A stretch of DNA of 64,000 nucleotides from contig NC_092680.1 in the NCBI RefSeq assembly GCF_964355755.1, forward strand, positions 9,052,001 to 9,116,000, written 5' to 3'. Each line of letters begins with the position of its first letter. Position 1 is the first letter of the stretch. Both the position numbers and the translations under genes were made by a program. Positions 1 to 20,800 of this stretch are shown here, one piece after another. Source of the stretch: Antedon mediterranea (taxonomy: Eukaryota; Animalia; Echinodermata). The notes under the pieces were generated by a model that was not told the DNA's origin, ran no database searches, and was given only the letters and a program-made list of their open reading frames with translations.

Positions 1-1820
1 GTTGTTTGCAGTTAAGTGTTTTTAGCTTAAATAGATCAGCACCAGTTAATTGGGGTGTACAAAGTTGCATGAAATTAAATGCAAAACTTGTATTAAAGGT
101 GAGGGATTACCATACTGGTTCCATAGTCACTTTAGAATACAAGCTGTCTGGGGGTATCCACATCCCTGAGATAATATCGGCATTTAACAATGGAATGAAA
201 TTTGTTGGAAAGGAATAAGCTTTGTGTGTGTGTTGTCATAATAGAGAGCTTTGATTTGTAACCACGTAAGAAAAAGTCATTTCAATTAATGTGTTGTCAG
301 TAGTTGCCTAGACCTAGAAACCATTAAAACTGTTTCAAGGTGGGGAGCACGGAAACACATCCCAACTTCCCTGCATGCACACAATGAATTGACATGTCAT
401 TGGTCGTCGCAAATCAAAAGCTCCTGATTAGTATCTGGTGTGAATGCTATATGTGATATATATTCGGATATACACTTTACTAAATGTGATAAATATTCAC
501 AACTTCCCTTTCATCTATTTTGTAACACTAGTAAGTTTGATAACACTTGATTTATCATAAATTTATAATTAACAAGCTATTAATATTGCTGTTGTTATCC
601 TCCGTACTCTTGCCTTATTGTTTTCATTATTGAATAAATTCATAATTTGAGATTTCCATGTTTTTGTGTTGGTTCCTATTTTCGATAGTTGTTTTTACTA
701 ACATTTTATTTATTAACACTGGTGTATCACCTCAAAATCACTTTAAATTTGCTCATTGTTTATTGAAGATATAAATTATAAAACATTTGTAAATGCTATT
801 CTACAGTTTTGTACAGTATGAATTTTTGTAACTACACTATTTCTCTATTCAACTTGATAACTCATAATAATATTTTTGGTCTTATGGGGAGGAAGGGGCA
901 GGGAGGAGAATACACCTAACTATTGGATATAATGTATATAAAAACTGAAGTATCAGAAATGCATGCTTTCAAGCAATGTTCAATTTTAATAAAAGACCAA
1001 TAAATTGTGTTTTATTAATTCTAAAAATACAGTAGTTGTATTCTTTAAATAAAAAAAAAAATGATTTTGAAGATTTGAAGCAGATGAGGCCAATATAAGC
1101 AACATATTTTTTTTTTCATTTTGTACATTCTGTATCTAAACAATAAATAATTTGTAGAAAACTTAAACTGTGATCACATAATCATCCAGTCTGCTACATT
1201 AAAGACCTGCACCAATTCTGCTGATGAGTCCTTTGTGGTCTAGCAGCTGGTATAACAATTCTTTATTCTGCTTTCCATAAGCTTCACAGTACTTGTTATT
1301 ACAGTAATCCGAATGAACATAATGCAATTCTTTATGTTATTAAATAGTCATTTTACCTTGAAACTAAAGACATCAAGGTAGTTTAATACTCATTTGCATA
1401 CCGTAATAAAGTATGACATGGCATTAAGCTTTTGTTGCAACAAGATGTAAATCTGCTGGTGCCATGGTTCAAATGTAATGGCGTGTGTCATGGCAGAATT
1501 GTTCAAACATTACACAGGCTACCATCTATTTTCGACAGGGTGATACATTGCTAAATTTCATTACCATGCACTATCATCACTTGTGTGCACAAATGTCATC
1601 ATATTTAGTAAATTTAACAAAATATGAAACTGTTAGTTGCTGTACATTTTTATATTTTATGTTTTAAAAATGTTTTGTTATTTCCTTTGAAGCACTGTAC
1701 ATAAAATAAAGTACTAAGTATTCAGCACATGGTTTAATAGTCATGTTATAATGTCTACACTTCACGTTTCACATCTTTTATATCTTTTTTTTGTGACATT
1801 TTGTGTGTATTATTTTACAG

Positions 1821-1916
1821 GTTCCTGAGGTTGAAATGGATGGCATAGAGTTTGATTTTGGTATGGGCTCTGACCAAAATGACGTGGATCTCTTCAGTAG
1901 TGAAAACAGTGATTAA
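1821..1916 (+). CDS. Terminal coding exon of an unidentified upstream gene (acidic C-terminus)
   Basis: Acceptor ttattttacag at 1820, then an open frame VPEVEMDGIEFDFGMGSDQNDVDLFSSENSD*, with AATAAA ~25 nt after the stop. Upstream exons were not recognised. Confidence 0.55.
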   Translation, partial: VPEVEMDGIEFDFGMGSDQNDVDLFSSENSD

Positions 1917-2650
1917 GCCTTTTGACTTTAAATCATACTTTTAATAAAATAAAATACTGTAGTTAATTAAAAACTTAAATTACCATACTGGCCACAATTA
2001 GTACCTGCTTTTTGAGGTTTTACAGTAAATATTCTCATTTTTATACTGTTACTAAAATTAACTGTTATAATAATCTGTTACATTAATATTATTGTTGTCA
2101 AATTTACATAGCGCTTTTAACAATACATTATTGTCCCAAAGTGCCTAAAATAAAATAAAGATGGGAGAAAAACAGATTGAATTACAAAGAACAAAAAAGG
2201 TGGGGTTTTAGAATATTAGCTGGAAACGTTTCTTTTTTTAAATATAACTATCCTAAAATATATTATTTGTAACTGTAGTTTTATTTATTGTTAAAGTATT
2301 AAAAAAAAAAAAAAATATATCTGTCACATAGATTTTGTTTCAATTTTGGTTGCATTGAGAGCCGGCCATAAGCAGCACAGCACAGAAAACATGTGCACAT
2401 GCTCACAAACCAGTTAGTGGTAAGATGATCAGTTTGTATCACATACAGTTTGAAATGTTCTTAGTTTTATTTTATTAATTATAATAAAATAAAAAGAAAC
2501 GTTCTTGTTTCTATTATTTTTACGGTCGTAGCCATCAGTACGATTGGTAAGGTTTCAATGTGACCAATTTTTCAGAGAGGCTTTTGACAACCCAGAGGCT
2601 TGAGCTTGCGAAAACCGGACCACTTTATTTTTAGTGGCTACATCACTGAT

Positions 2651-2703
2651 TTTATTAGGTTATATGCATTCATGCATATAACCTCTTGATTCTGTCAGAA
2701 TCT

Positions 2704-2734
<31 letters not shown>

Positions 2735-4094
2735 TTTTTTCCTTAGCACTATTTGTCCGTCAATTATCTTGATATCAGTTTCATCTAACTAAGTCAATTT
2801 TTCAGAGTATATTTCTTATGGCCAGGAATCGATGTGGTTATGTTTTCACGGTGCGCAATCAAACATTACGCGGTCTACGCGCGATTTAACAAAATCACGT
2901 TTGTAATCATATCTTCACAAGCATGAATCACTTTTAAACAAAATTTGGTACTCATAAATTTCAGGTCATATTTCATCATATGGCAATACAATTACGTGCG
3001 TAGCGCATATAACGCATGCGTACGCACGCTTAAAATGTTCAACATTTTCAGAATTTATTTTCGATTAAATTAGAGTACGTTTCAGGCAATTTTAAGCGTT
3101 TAAAAAATTGCCATAAGTGCGCAGATTTTTGCACGCGCAATGCGCGTCAAACGTTATTGCGCACTGTTTTTGTCCGATTACTGTTGTATAACCTTTCTTT
3201 AACAATATCATCATATTGTATTAACTTTTCAACGCGAAACAGCGTTATACGAGCACGTCAAAAGTGACAGGCTACGCACGTGTAAGTTAACAAAATGGTG
3301 AAAATATGCTAAATTTTAAAATTAATATATATCGTTAGAATGCTCGGGAACACCGATTTTTTATTTCATTTTCTTGAAGTGTATGTATCATATGTATGAT
3401 TTATTATGAAATTAAGAGAACAAAAGTTGATTAAGTCATCATTAATGGCATATTAAATTTACAAAAATTAATTTCAACAATCAAACAAATTATAACATTT
3501 TCTTAGGCCGAAATAACAAACTTAACATTAACTTTCTAGTTAAAAGTATATAGTTTGACAGTGCATCATTTTTAAAAAGCTTTAAAGATGTCATCATAGT
3601 AAAACATTATCATTGCGGTATGTAATAATCTATCTGCACCAAAGTGGTTACTGCATAGTAAATACACGGAGGAATATTTCCATAATTTTTAGTCAGTTGT
3701 GTATGGCTCGGTGGTCTTTGCTCGTGTCTATAGCATTCAAGGTACCGAGTTCGAGTCTCACCTTGGGAAACGAAACGAAATAAGATTTTTTTTATTACCC
3801 GTATTGTTTATTCAATTGTATTTCTTAGTGTATAGATTATACAGATGATTTATAATGAAATTTATTTAAAAACACAAATGTGGTTCATTATAACATTATA
3901 TACGCAGAAGGATCTTTGATCGGATTGTGATACCGGCTATTGTATTTGCGTTAGCAAGATCCTATTATATATTATAAATAACTAAAGATTCTGAGAAAAT
4001 CAATCAATAAAAATATCTTAAATCAATCAATTATCTTTATTTAAATCAATGCATATAACCTATAATTCGTCATAGTGACGAATTAAATCTAGTT
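2651..4094 (+). mobile_element. HINE/DINE-1-like non-autonomous Helentron element
   Basis: 5' hairpin AGGTTATATGCAT-tc-ATGCATATAACCT (2657-2684), (TTTA)n microsatellite, 3' subterminal copy ATGCATATAACCT (4049-4061), palindrome TAATTCGTCA-tag-TGACGAATTA (4063-4085), end CTAGTT. The core at ~2765-3290 recurs at ~38115-38600. Confidence 0.75.
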
Positions 4095-4610
4095 ATCATT
4101 TTGTATTTGTTAACAATAGACTCTGAATTGGATTACACAATTTTGTGTGATCTTCGTGAGTCATTGTAAGCTGTGATTTAAATAGGTGTATACAGTGCTA
4201 ATGTTTTGTTGTACAAATGACCAAAGACAAACAAATAAATTTTATTAAATATATTTAATAAAATACTTTACCATGGAGACAAAACAATAATGTAAATAAT
4301 TAAACATTTAAATAATTTATAAGTCTTAAACTTGATAATTAAATGATGCCTAGATCAATATCTAGTACTTTCTTAAACTCTTCATGGAAGCACAAATTGA
4401 CATAAATGTTCTGAATCATAGTGAATAATTGTGTAGGCCTAGAATAAATAAAACAGATATCTCAAATGAACACATATCAATAATAATGATAATAACAAAC
4501 TGCTGTAACAAAAGAATTCAATACACTTTAAAAAACCTGGTTTTCAGTGACTCAAATGACAACCATATAAAACAAAATTTTTGTTCTGTGATCCGCATAA
4601 ACATAACATA

Positions 4611-4797
4611 CAGTAGGGAAACCCCTATTTATGGTACATCCCTATTCAGAGACACCTATCTATGAAAAGGCCACTTTCATGTAAAATCAATTAGAGGAAA
4701 TATATTGTTAGTAACCCACACCTATTCAGGGGAGATCCCTATAAAAAAAAAGAGGTTTTTGGTTACTAAAAATTGTCTCCTTAATAGTGTTCTACTG
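4611..4797. mobile_element. Tc1/mariner(pogo)-type MITE
   Basis: TA|CAGTAG ... CTACTG|TA ends with TA target duplication. A related fragment is at ~8212-8335. Confidence 0.55.
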
Positions 4798-5452
4798 TAT
4801 GTGGTTCTAAATTAAAATAACTAAAGGCCAAACTGTTGGAAGGGGTCTTCAACCTGTACATTTGTTGCATACCAAAACAAAGTAATAGTAATATATACCT
4901 TCTTTCATAATCACATACTACTCTTGGTTATTCTTATTCACAATTTATACAAACAATTATTTGAAAAAAAAACCACCATTTATATAATATGCTTCTAGCA
5001 CAGTATCTATAGTAAAACATAGAGCAAAATAAACACTAACAGCATCTATATTAGCTTTGGACTGAATAACATTTTTGGCCAAAATACTGTATTCTGTATT
5101 TCATATGTAAATGAAATAAGTACCATTGCTCTTATAACACAAGGTTTCCACCTTTGGCAACTTATAATGTTTAAATTAAAATTGAGTTTATGATTTTTTA
5201 TTTATTCCAGAAATAAAGTTTACAACTATCAATAATGCTTCTGTTTTAAAATATTTTTACTCTGACACTAATTAAAAAACAAGTTTATTTTTGGCACTTT
5301 TTTTTCAATAGAATGAGTACGCTTAACAGAAACGTGTAAATACAGCATATGGTGCTTAAGGTTGTGAAATAAATGCAGCATACCAAAATGCCTTATAATA
5401 TCAAAATAATTAATTAATGCTTTATCCTAGAAAATGCTGACTGCACCACAAT

Positions 5453-5582
5453 AGGGAGCCTTCGATTTGTGTGATGACCGATGACTTGGGCATTGATGTG
5501 TTATCGGTTGATGCCTGGGCCTGGAAACCACCAAAACTGTGTCAATGAATAGCAAGTCACAACGAAAAATCTAAAGCTCCCT
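5453..5582. mobile_element. Short MITE with AGGGAGC.. termini (PIF/Harbinger-like)
   Basis: AGGGAGCCTTCGATTT ... AAATCTAAAGCTCCCT inverted ends. Diverged relatives at ~242-427 and ~25913-26058. Confidence 0.5.
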
Positions 5583-5825
5583 ACGCACGTTTTGCAGATA
5601 ATAATTATATAAATGATACCTATAATGTATGTCTGAAAAAAAAATATATTTTCAATATTTTTTGGGTGATTCATTTTTTTTTATTTTGAACTATATCTTT
5701 GTTGTCACGCAATTTATATTTTGTTCATTGATAAAATGTATATTACAACAACAGTGTAAATTCTGTCTACACAGTCCAAAGAAACTGTACACAAAAATAC
5801 AAGCTTTACACATTAAAAAAGTAAT

Positions 5826-13468
<7,643 letters not shown>

Positions 13469-14639
13469 AGTGGACTATTTGGAGTACAAATAGACACAAA
13501 ATTTCTGATTTCAATAATTAACAAGTTCGTCAAGTGTTTCTTTACACTGAAGATTCAGTAAGTTGTTCAATATACCAGCACAAAACACTAAAATAAAGAA
13601 TATTTTTGTATTATACTATAGTTTACTTCTTTACAAAATGATTTAAAAAACAAAAAAATTGATTGTAGTATCATACAGTACATGTGACTTAAGTTAAACC
13701 GTGGAGGAATTATTTCTCCAGGCAGTTTACGATTAAATCAGTAATATTTGAAATTGGTCACGTTTTATTTTGATATATAGCCTATAGGCCTAGTGTCGTG
13801 ATTATAAAATCAACTATATTTTGTATGGAGCACTGCTAGCTATGCTTTTGATCACACCAGTCATGTTTGAAATAAAATTAATAAAATTAAATAATAAATA
13901 TTTAATTGATAATAATATAGGCCTAGGCCTAATAAATGTTTGTGTTTTATTTCGACTTATACAAAATACTGGGAGTTAATTTCATCGCAACCAAATGTGT
14001 CATTCTTGACCCACAATGTAGTGTACCCAGGTATTCAGTGCTAAAACTAAATTAGTGTACTTATAGGCCAAGCTCAGCTCAGAACATTAGCCCTCAACTA
14101 GCTGGTAACTGGGAATCGGGAATCTCTCTAGCCCTCTAAACGTACCTACTACTACTAGCGGGATAGCCTAGGCGTAGTTTTACTTTTAGCGAATTTAGCT
14201 TCAGATTAGGAGGCTAGCTAGCCTAGGGTAGGCCTAGGAAATAGGCATAGGCTAGTAGTAGTAGAGCGGCAACACTCCTCCAGTCTAGGCTAATCATACA
14301 TTTTCATATTTATATTCTTTTAAAATGTCTCAATTTAGAGCTATTCTAAAATGTCTAATACTGCAGCGACATTTGTATAATATTAATAACTTACTAAACA
14401 GCAAACGTAGGCTGACTGGTTTTCTCGTTTTATTAGAAATGATCACCACAATCATCACAACATACACACACAAAAAAAACACAACATCATTCACAGCGCC
14501 CTCTATTTTGACTGTATTTATGATGTAATATTTAGAGGAGGACAATACATGATGTCACATGTGACAATAATATACAGTAATTTTATATATAGATACCTCC
14601 TAATTAATACACTGTAGGCTTACTAGAATAATGTACGGT

Positions 14640-15140
14640 ATTATACAAATAATGAATGTTTATGATAGTGTAATGGTACAAATAATGGCATGATATGAGG
14701 TGAATGAAGAAAGGTTATACTTCAACGAGGCAAAGCCGAGTTGATATATAACATTTCATCATTCACCAAATTACACGAATATAAAACATTCATTATTTGT
14801 TTTACATAACATCTAAATAGATGCCTGTCATTTGAATCAAATCAAAAGGTAGGGCCTAGGCCTAGCAAAAGGCCTAAATTTTATTCATATTGATTAAAAC
14901 AGTAACATGTGGTTATAAACACACCTACACTGTAGTGTTAATTATGTCAACAAACGACCAAAAAATCCTAGGCTTAGCAAGGCTTAAACTCCTATGCCTA
15001 GCCTATACTAACATACCTAGTCCTAGGTAAACTGGGAAGCCGAATCTGAATAATTGACATTTTAACATTACAATTAAATATTGTAGGTGATTATTGTAAT
15101 TGTTTTATGAATTGTACAAATATTAAAATGTTAAATACCA
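14640..15140. mobile_element. Dispersed repeat with a terminal long imperfect palindrome (possibly Crypton-type non-autonomous)
   Basis: The palindromic end centred on CAACGAGGCAAAGCCGAGTTG recurs in reverse complement at ~24300-24430 and ~25170-25423. Family assignment is tentative. Confidence 0.5.
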
Positions 15141-15442
15141 CCTCCATGTTCAAACCAGCTGTTTTATTTAAGGATGTTATTATGTGGCATTAAAATAGTA
15201 TATTCAACAACAGAAGAAGTAGAAGAAATAGAAACAACTTTTGTAGGCCTACAGAGGAGAATAGGAATGTTAGGGTTAATCGTCCACTAAGCCAAAACTA
15301 TTTTGATATCTAATTTTCAGCTTTACATACATTTTCATTCCTAAATGATTAATGCATCATAAATCGTTGTAAAGTTATAGACTATTTTCTGCAAATTTTT
15401 TTAAAAATCGATTTATAAATTTGTATTTCATGCTCATATTAC

Positions 15443-15545
15443 CGAAATATTCAGCCACAGCTTAACACAAGCTACAGTATGTACACGAACCGACAAGGTA
15501 CACTTTTTCTTTTGTAGACGCCATTTTAATTTCCCGATCGCATTA
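15443..15545 (-). promoter_or_regulatory. Probable CLPX first (non-coding) exon / TSS region with YY1-like AAAATGGCG and a 20-codon uORF
   Basis: Minus strand AAAATGGCGTC at ~15527-15517, donor TTCG|GTAATA at 15443/15442, matching acceptor TTTATTTTAG at 13588 upstream of the CLPX ATG. uORF 15524-15462. Confidence 0.55.
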
Positions 15546-15659
15546 TAAATAGTATAGCTTCAGCGGGCATAATTATAGGCCTAGTCTTACTTTCTTTACA
15601 ACTGTATAATATAATGGATATAAATCAAACACATAACAAAAAAATCAAGATCAAATAAG

Positions 15660-16200
15660 TTAAAACTGCCTCAATACAAGTTTATTAATACGACGTTTCG
15701 GCATAGCCAATCACCAGGTGAAGATTGTAACAAAGGATAACATAATAAGTCACAAAATTACATAATAAAACAAATCAGCCAATCAAAGACGGAACAAACA
15801 AAATGCATAGTTATAAAAGGCACGCCTCCAAAAGCTTTGGGGTACAAAGCAGAAATGGTTGCTTATAAAGCAAGACATTTAAAACAAAGACAAACACTTC
15901 AAGCGTGAATAATTGTTAATATGAATGTCTCTGGCAAAATTAATGTTTAAAAGATCTAAATTGTACATTTATGCCGGTAGGGGCAAGAGTGCCAAGCTTA
16001 ACAATTAATCTTTTTTCTACAAATCTACGAGATGTCTCAGAATCATTACATACCTTACACCAGAAATTGTAATATCCGAAAAGGAATTCTTATTACAAAA
16101 ATGGGTGCTATAGTTAACCCGGGAGTATAGTTTAATAGACCTTAAATGTTCTACAAATTTATCACCCAACCTGCATTCAGTTTCTTCACCAATAATAATA
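15660..16200 (-). mobile_element. Penelope-like element 3' fragment (decayed GIY-YIG endonuclease plus hammerhead-like motif)
   Basis: Minus-strand translation IGEETECRLGDKFVEHLRSIK..STHF..SFSDITISGV, then after a frameshift RRFVEKRLIVKLGTLAPTGINVQF. Downstream CTGGTGA-TTGGCTATGCC-GAAACGTC (15717-15692) resembles the minimal hammerhead of PLEs. Confidence 0.7.
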
Positions 16201-16489
16201 TGGATAGTGATATTAATCAGAAGATAATGTGTTATTGTGAATTGATGACGACATTAAAATAAAACACGAAGATAGCAATTTTGGAACAACATATTATTAA
16301 CATGTTGAAGAAATTTGGACACGTAGAATAAGAATGTGTAGATGCACGCTCTTTTAAATGTGATGAACTATGACGCAAAAGATGAAATACGACTTTTTAA
16401 ATTCAACTTGCCATATGATGACGTCACAACACCCGATACATAAATGTTTGCATGAATTTGTATCTACAATTCAACAGCTTCCAGAAAAC

Positions 16490-17345
16490 GGGAGTTCAAT
16501 ACGAGGCATTTTTTAAAATGGCCGCTAATTTTATATAAAATGTGCATAAAATCGGATCTAAATATGGTATATGCACGATCTTGGTGTACTGTCTAAAAAC
16601 ACATGTACTTCAGACATGTATCATTCAACATGCTCCCTATCAGTGGATATTGCCAAGTACTTCACTTAGTTTCTGAGTGCTTTCATTTGTTTGTCTGTTT
16701 GTTAGCAGGATTACTCAAAAGTTATTGCAAGATCTTTACCAAAATTAGGGTTAGATAGATATGTGGTCAAGTTCCACTCCATTACATTTTGGAGGCAATC
16801 CGAACCACGGCCCCAATTTTGAATCACTTTTTAGTATTATTTTCAGACCTGCTGGTGTTAAAAGATGGGAGAGAATTTTAAAAAACCAGCGAGCAGTCTT
16901 AAAGTAACAAGTAAACTGAAACTGCATTTTATCGAGAACTACTTGTCCAAAAAAGCTATTTAGATCCGATTTTATGCACATTTTATATTCAATTAGCGGC
17001 CATTTTGAAAAATGGCCGCCATTTCAATACTAGGCAAAAACTAAGTGTCAACAGGGCATAATGGATTCCGTGTGTGAAGTGCATGTGTTTAGACACCAAG
17101 ATCGTGCATATAACATATTTAGATCCGATTTTACATGCACATCTTATATAAAATTAGCGGCCATTTTGAAAAATGGCCGCCAGTTTAATACGCGGCAAAA
17201 ACTGATCAACAAGGCCTAATGGATTCCGTGTGTGAAGTGCATGTGTTTAGACACCAAGATTGTGTATCTACCTTATTTAGATCTGATTTCATGCACATTT
17301 TATATAAAATTGACGGCCATTTTTCAAAATGTCAACAGGGCTTAG
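16490..17345. repeat. ~140-150-bp repeat units (AAAATGGCCGCC/GGCGGCCATTTT motif), direct and inverted
   Basis: Units at ~16960-17110, 17110-17260 and 17260-17345, and an inverted copy at ~16500-16620. Probably internal to a Helitron-type element. Confidence 0.6.
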
Positions 17346-17891
17346 AGTGATCAGAAGGGTTTAATTAGGATATCTATGTTGACAGCCTCTAACATTCCAC
17401 TCCCCCTAACTCATTTTTTTTCCAAATTTTTTGCCTAAACTATCTGGGAGAAAATAAATGTGATGAGATATGACCAAAGAGGCAAAAATCCTATATTTTT
17501 TTGGCCATAGATGTGGGTAATGGGTAAAAAATAAACATAAATTAATAGTGTGTGCCGCCAACATTTTTTACACTTCTACTGTATACATTTTAAAAACCCC
17601 AACTATGTTTACACAATATTCATTATTATAGTAGGCCTATATACGATAAACATAATAATACATAAATAATTAGAAACATCTATCTGTTAATATTTATTAA
17701 GTTACATACGTCTAAAGTCATTTAAATCTGAAAAAAAGTAAAACAATTGTATTAAACCACACGTCGTTTTGATTGCACGTTGTATGACAAACGGCACACG
17801 CGGCGTTTCATACATTCAATTGTGTTTCAATTGGCGCTTGGCGGCCGTTTCAGTCGTCGGCGGCCGTTTCGGCTGTAAACCGTTAGTGATC

Positions 17892-20800
17892 ATGGGGCTT
17901 TGGTATGAAACTTACTTGAATCCAAAACGTTTCAGTTGTTCGCGAAATCTGTCAGTTAAGATATTTTTGTCAGAGTCTGTTGGAATGTTGATGTTTGTTG
18001 TAAGTGGTGACTGATTATTCAACAAACAACCATCCATATATAAACATAGCCTACCTAGGGCTAGGCTAGGCCTAGGCCTAGCCTAGGCTAGGCCTAGAGA
18101 GCCTAGCTAGCCAATCCCAAACTAGTATTAGTAGTACGCGTACTCACAAAGTCGCTCCATTTTTACTTTGGTTGATGAATATTTATTATTGTTTTTATTT
18201 TTTATTTTACAAGTCTTGTTGGAGTAGGAGAAAGATGTGTGCCTTCAAAAAACCTATTAATAACATGCCTTATAAAAAGTACATGCTTGCTAGTTGGTTA
18301 TCCGCACTTGGCGGATAACCTCTTGTTATTTGTGTTATGCGCGATTTGAACGATTTGCGCAATTTGAAATTGCGCAAAAAAAATCCTTGCGCAATTTGAA
18401 TTGAAACATGTGTTTCAAATTGCGCAAGCAACGTATTAAATTGCGCAAGTAATCTGCAAATTGCGCAAGGTTTTTCGACAGATTGTGAAATCATGCACAC
18501 CCATATTTTTATAGTAATTTCTAAGAATGATTCAAAATTAAACATAAATATCGCATTTCCTTATTTTAGTAGTGCAAATATTGTTATAAGTTAGCATACC
18601 GTCGAAGAACCGACGAAGGAAAACGAAGCGGTGGTGTTCCACCAGGCGGGCGCGGCGCGGGCGGCCGGCTATACTACTCTAGCCTAGCTAGGGTCTGGAC
18701 TACTGATACTGACTAGGTTACATGGCCTAGCTTAAACTAATATTAAAAACTTAAAAAGTGAGTATTAAACATTATCTTCATTGAAATGGTCTTATTTATA
18801 TAATAAAATACTAAATTTTAAACTCCTCTGCCTAGGCCTAGCCTAGCCATGTATGGGAAAATTTACAGTTCGTTTTCAAATTGCGCAAAGGTGTCATATT
18901 GCGCAAGAACTATCTTGCGCAATTTACAAATTGTGCAGCGCAATTTAAAATTGCGCAAAGATTTTCTTGCGCAATTTGAAATTGCGCAAGTTGATTGCGC
19001 AATTTGAAATTGCGCAAAAAAATCCTTGCGCAATTTTAAATTGCGCAAGAATTCTTTGCGCAATTTCAAATTGCGCAAGGATTTTTTTGCGCAATTTCAA
19101 ATTGCGCAAATCGTTCAAATCGCGCATAACATTTGTATTTAGGATTGTTCCTTTTAGTTTGTACTGTACTGTAGTGTAGGTTACATAACAAGACAAATAG
19201 GTTGAGGTGGCCGAAAACGGTACCTGATCCAAACAAATTTGTAAACATATAATATAGCCTAGTTTAACTTAAGAAAGATAATTAATATTATATTATTCGC
19301 CGTGGTTAGGATTCCGGCACCGGAACTCAACTGCCCAGCAGGGATTCCGACACGCTATTGCGCATGCCCAGAGCGAGGTAATCGGCGACTCTATACTTAT
19401 CAACAGCGATGGATTATTTCATAGCTGCGCCACACGGTGAACTAGCCTAGATGCCTTCTAATATGGGATCCACTAATCTAGGCTAGGGCTACCAGTTAGA
19501 CTACGTGACCAGTGGGCCTATAGTATTTATTTTGTAATTAAAAAGTGGTTGCTTCATTCATATATAAAATTCATATCATTATGAATTATATAAAGATAGT
19601 TGATTGACCTAGACAATATTAAAATCTCGGAGAAAAAGAAATACGTATAAGCGTGATGCGCTCCATTGAATGTGATGAGCAATAACGAAAGACAAAAAAA
19701 TTCTATATTTTACATTCGTGTGGCCATATGATGACGTCACAACATCCGTGAGGTAAAAATTCTGCATGAATTCATATCTACAACATATCTGCTTACATAT
19801 TAAGTTAAAAAAATTAGGGGTAATCGTTGATCCTGAGAAGCTATAAAACATTCAAAATAGGCATAATTTTGACAACATTTTGTAACTTTTTCAACTAAAA
19901 CGCGTGCAAATGGGCTAAATCAACGTGTTCGTATGACGTAATTTTAATTTGAAATGATGTCAATCTTTTTGAAAATGACTAGGAAAGGCTGGAAAATCAC
20001 AATTCAAGAGAAAAAAACATGATTTTCATGCTCTATGCGCACCGTGCGCGTAATATTTTTCGCGCGCGCGGTAATTTTGTACATGCTTAAAATGACATGA
20101 AACGCGTAGAAAGTTGATTAGAAATTATTTTTGCGCATTTTGAAATTTTAAATGCGCGTGCGCGCGTAACTTTGTGTAAAACACGCAATTTTTTTCAAAC
20201 AGAAAGTTAGCGCATGATATAAATTAAACTTTCACAAAGTGTCAATTAAAAATCACTTTTAGTTTTTAATCTATGATCAATCATAAAAAATCATAAAATC
20301 GCGCGTAAGTCACGTTGCGCAACTCTGACGTAATTTAAAAATAGGAGGTGCACAACTTCACGTAAATGCCCACATGTTGTCAAAGTTATAAAATGTTATG
20401 TTTACACATTTTAGAGAAACGCTCTACACAAAAATAGCGAGAAAGAAAGAAGAATAATACAGAAAAAAATATTGATCCCATACAATAACAAGGAGTTATC
20501 CGCCAAGTGCGGATAACTAATTACATGACTAGTTTTTTGATTTTTCATAACGCATTATACTGTACATATACAACATGCAATCACAAGTTGATTTGTTGAC
20601 GGCAGCCACCGCGTGGATGTGAAAAAACTGTTCGGGAAGTCAGGGTCACAACGCTAAAAACAGCATTACGATTCTTAGATAGATACTGATACTTATTAAT
20701 ATCATTATAATTATTTTAACGCGTGGCGTAGTCATATTTTAATTATTAATTCATGTATGGCATAGGCCAAGTTTCATCCATCGCTCTCTCGCTCGCGCAA

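Noticed and set aside
6-218. 70-aa ORF as an upstream exon of the gene ending at 1916
   Set aside because: No clear splice donor or homology; it cannot be linked.
18235-18318. ATG-initiated MCAFKKPINNMPYKKYMLA.. as aquaporin exon 1
   Set aside because: It runs into a stop within a HINE hairpin. Exon 17892-17999 has the proper TM1 motif, a GTAAGT donor and the right phase.
18863-19131. Palindromic repeats with short spacers as a CRISPR-like array
   Set aside because: Eukaryotic context, spacers only ~7-10 bp and non-unique, no cas genes, and the array lies within TIRs.
18863-19248. Overlapping ORFs with LRNLKLRK / AQFEIAQ repeats
   Set aside because: Translations of transposon subterminal TTGCGCAA repeats.
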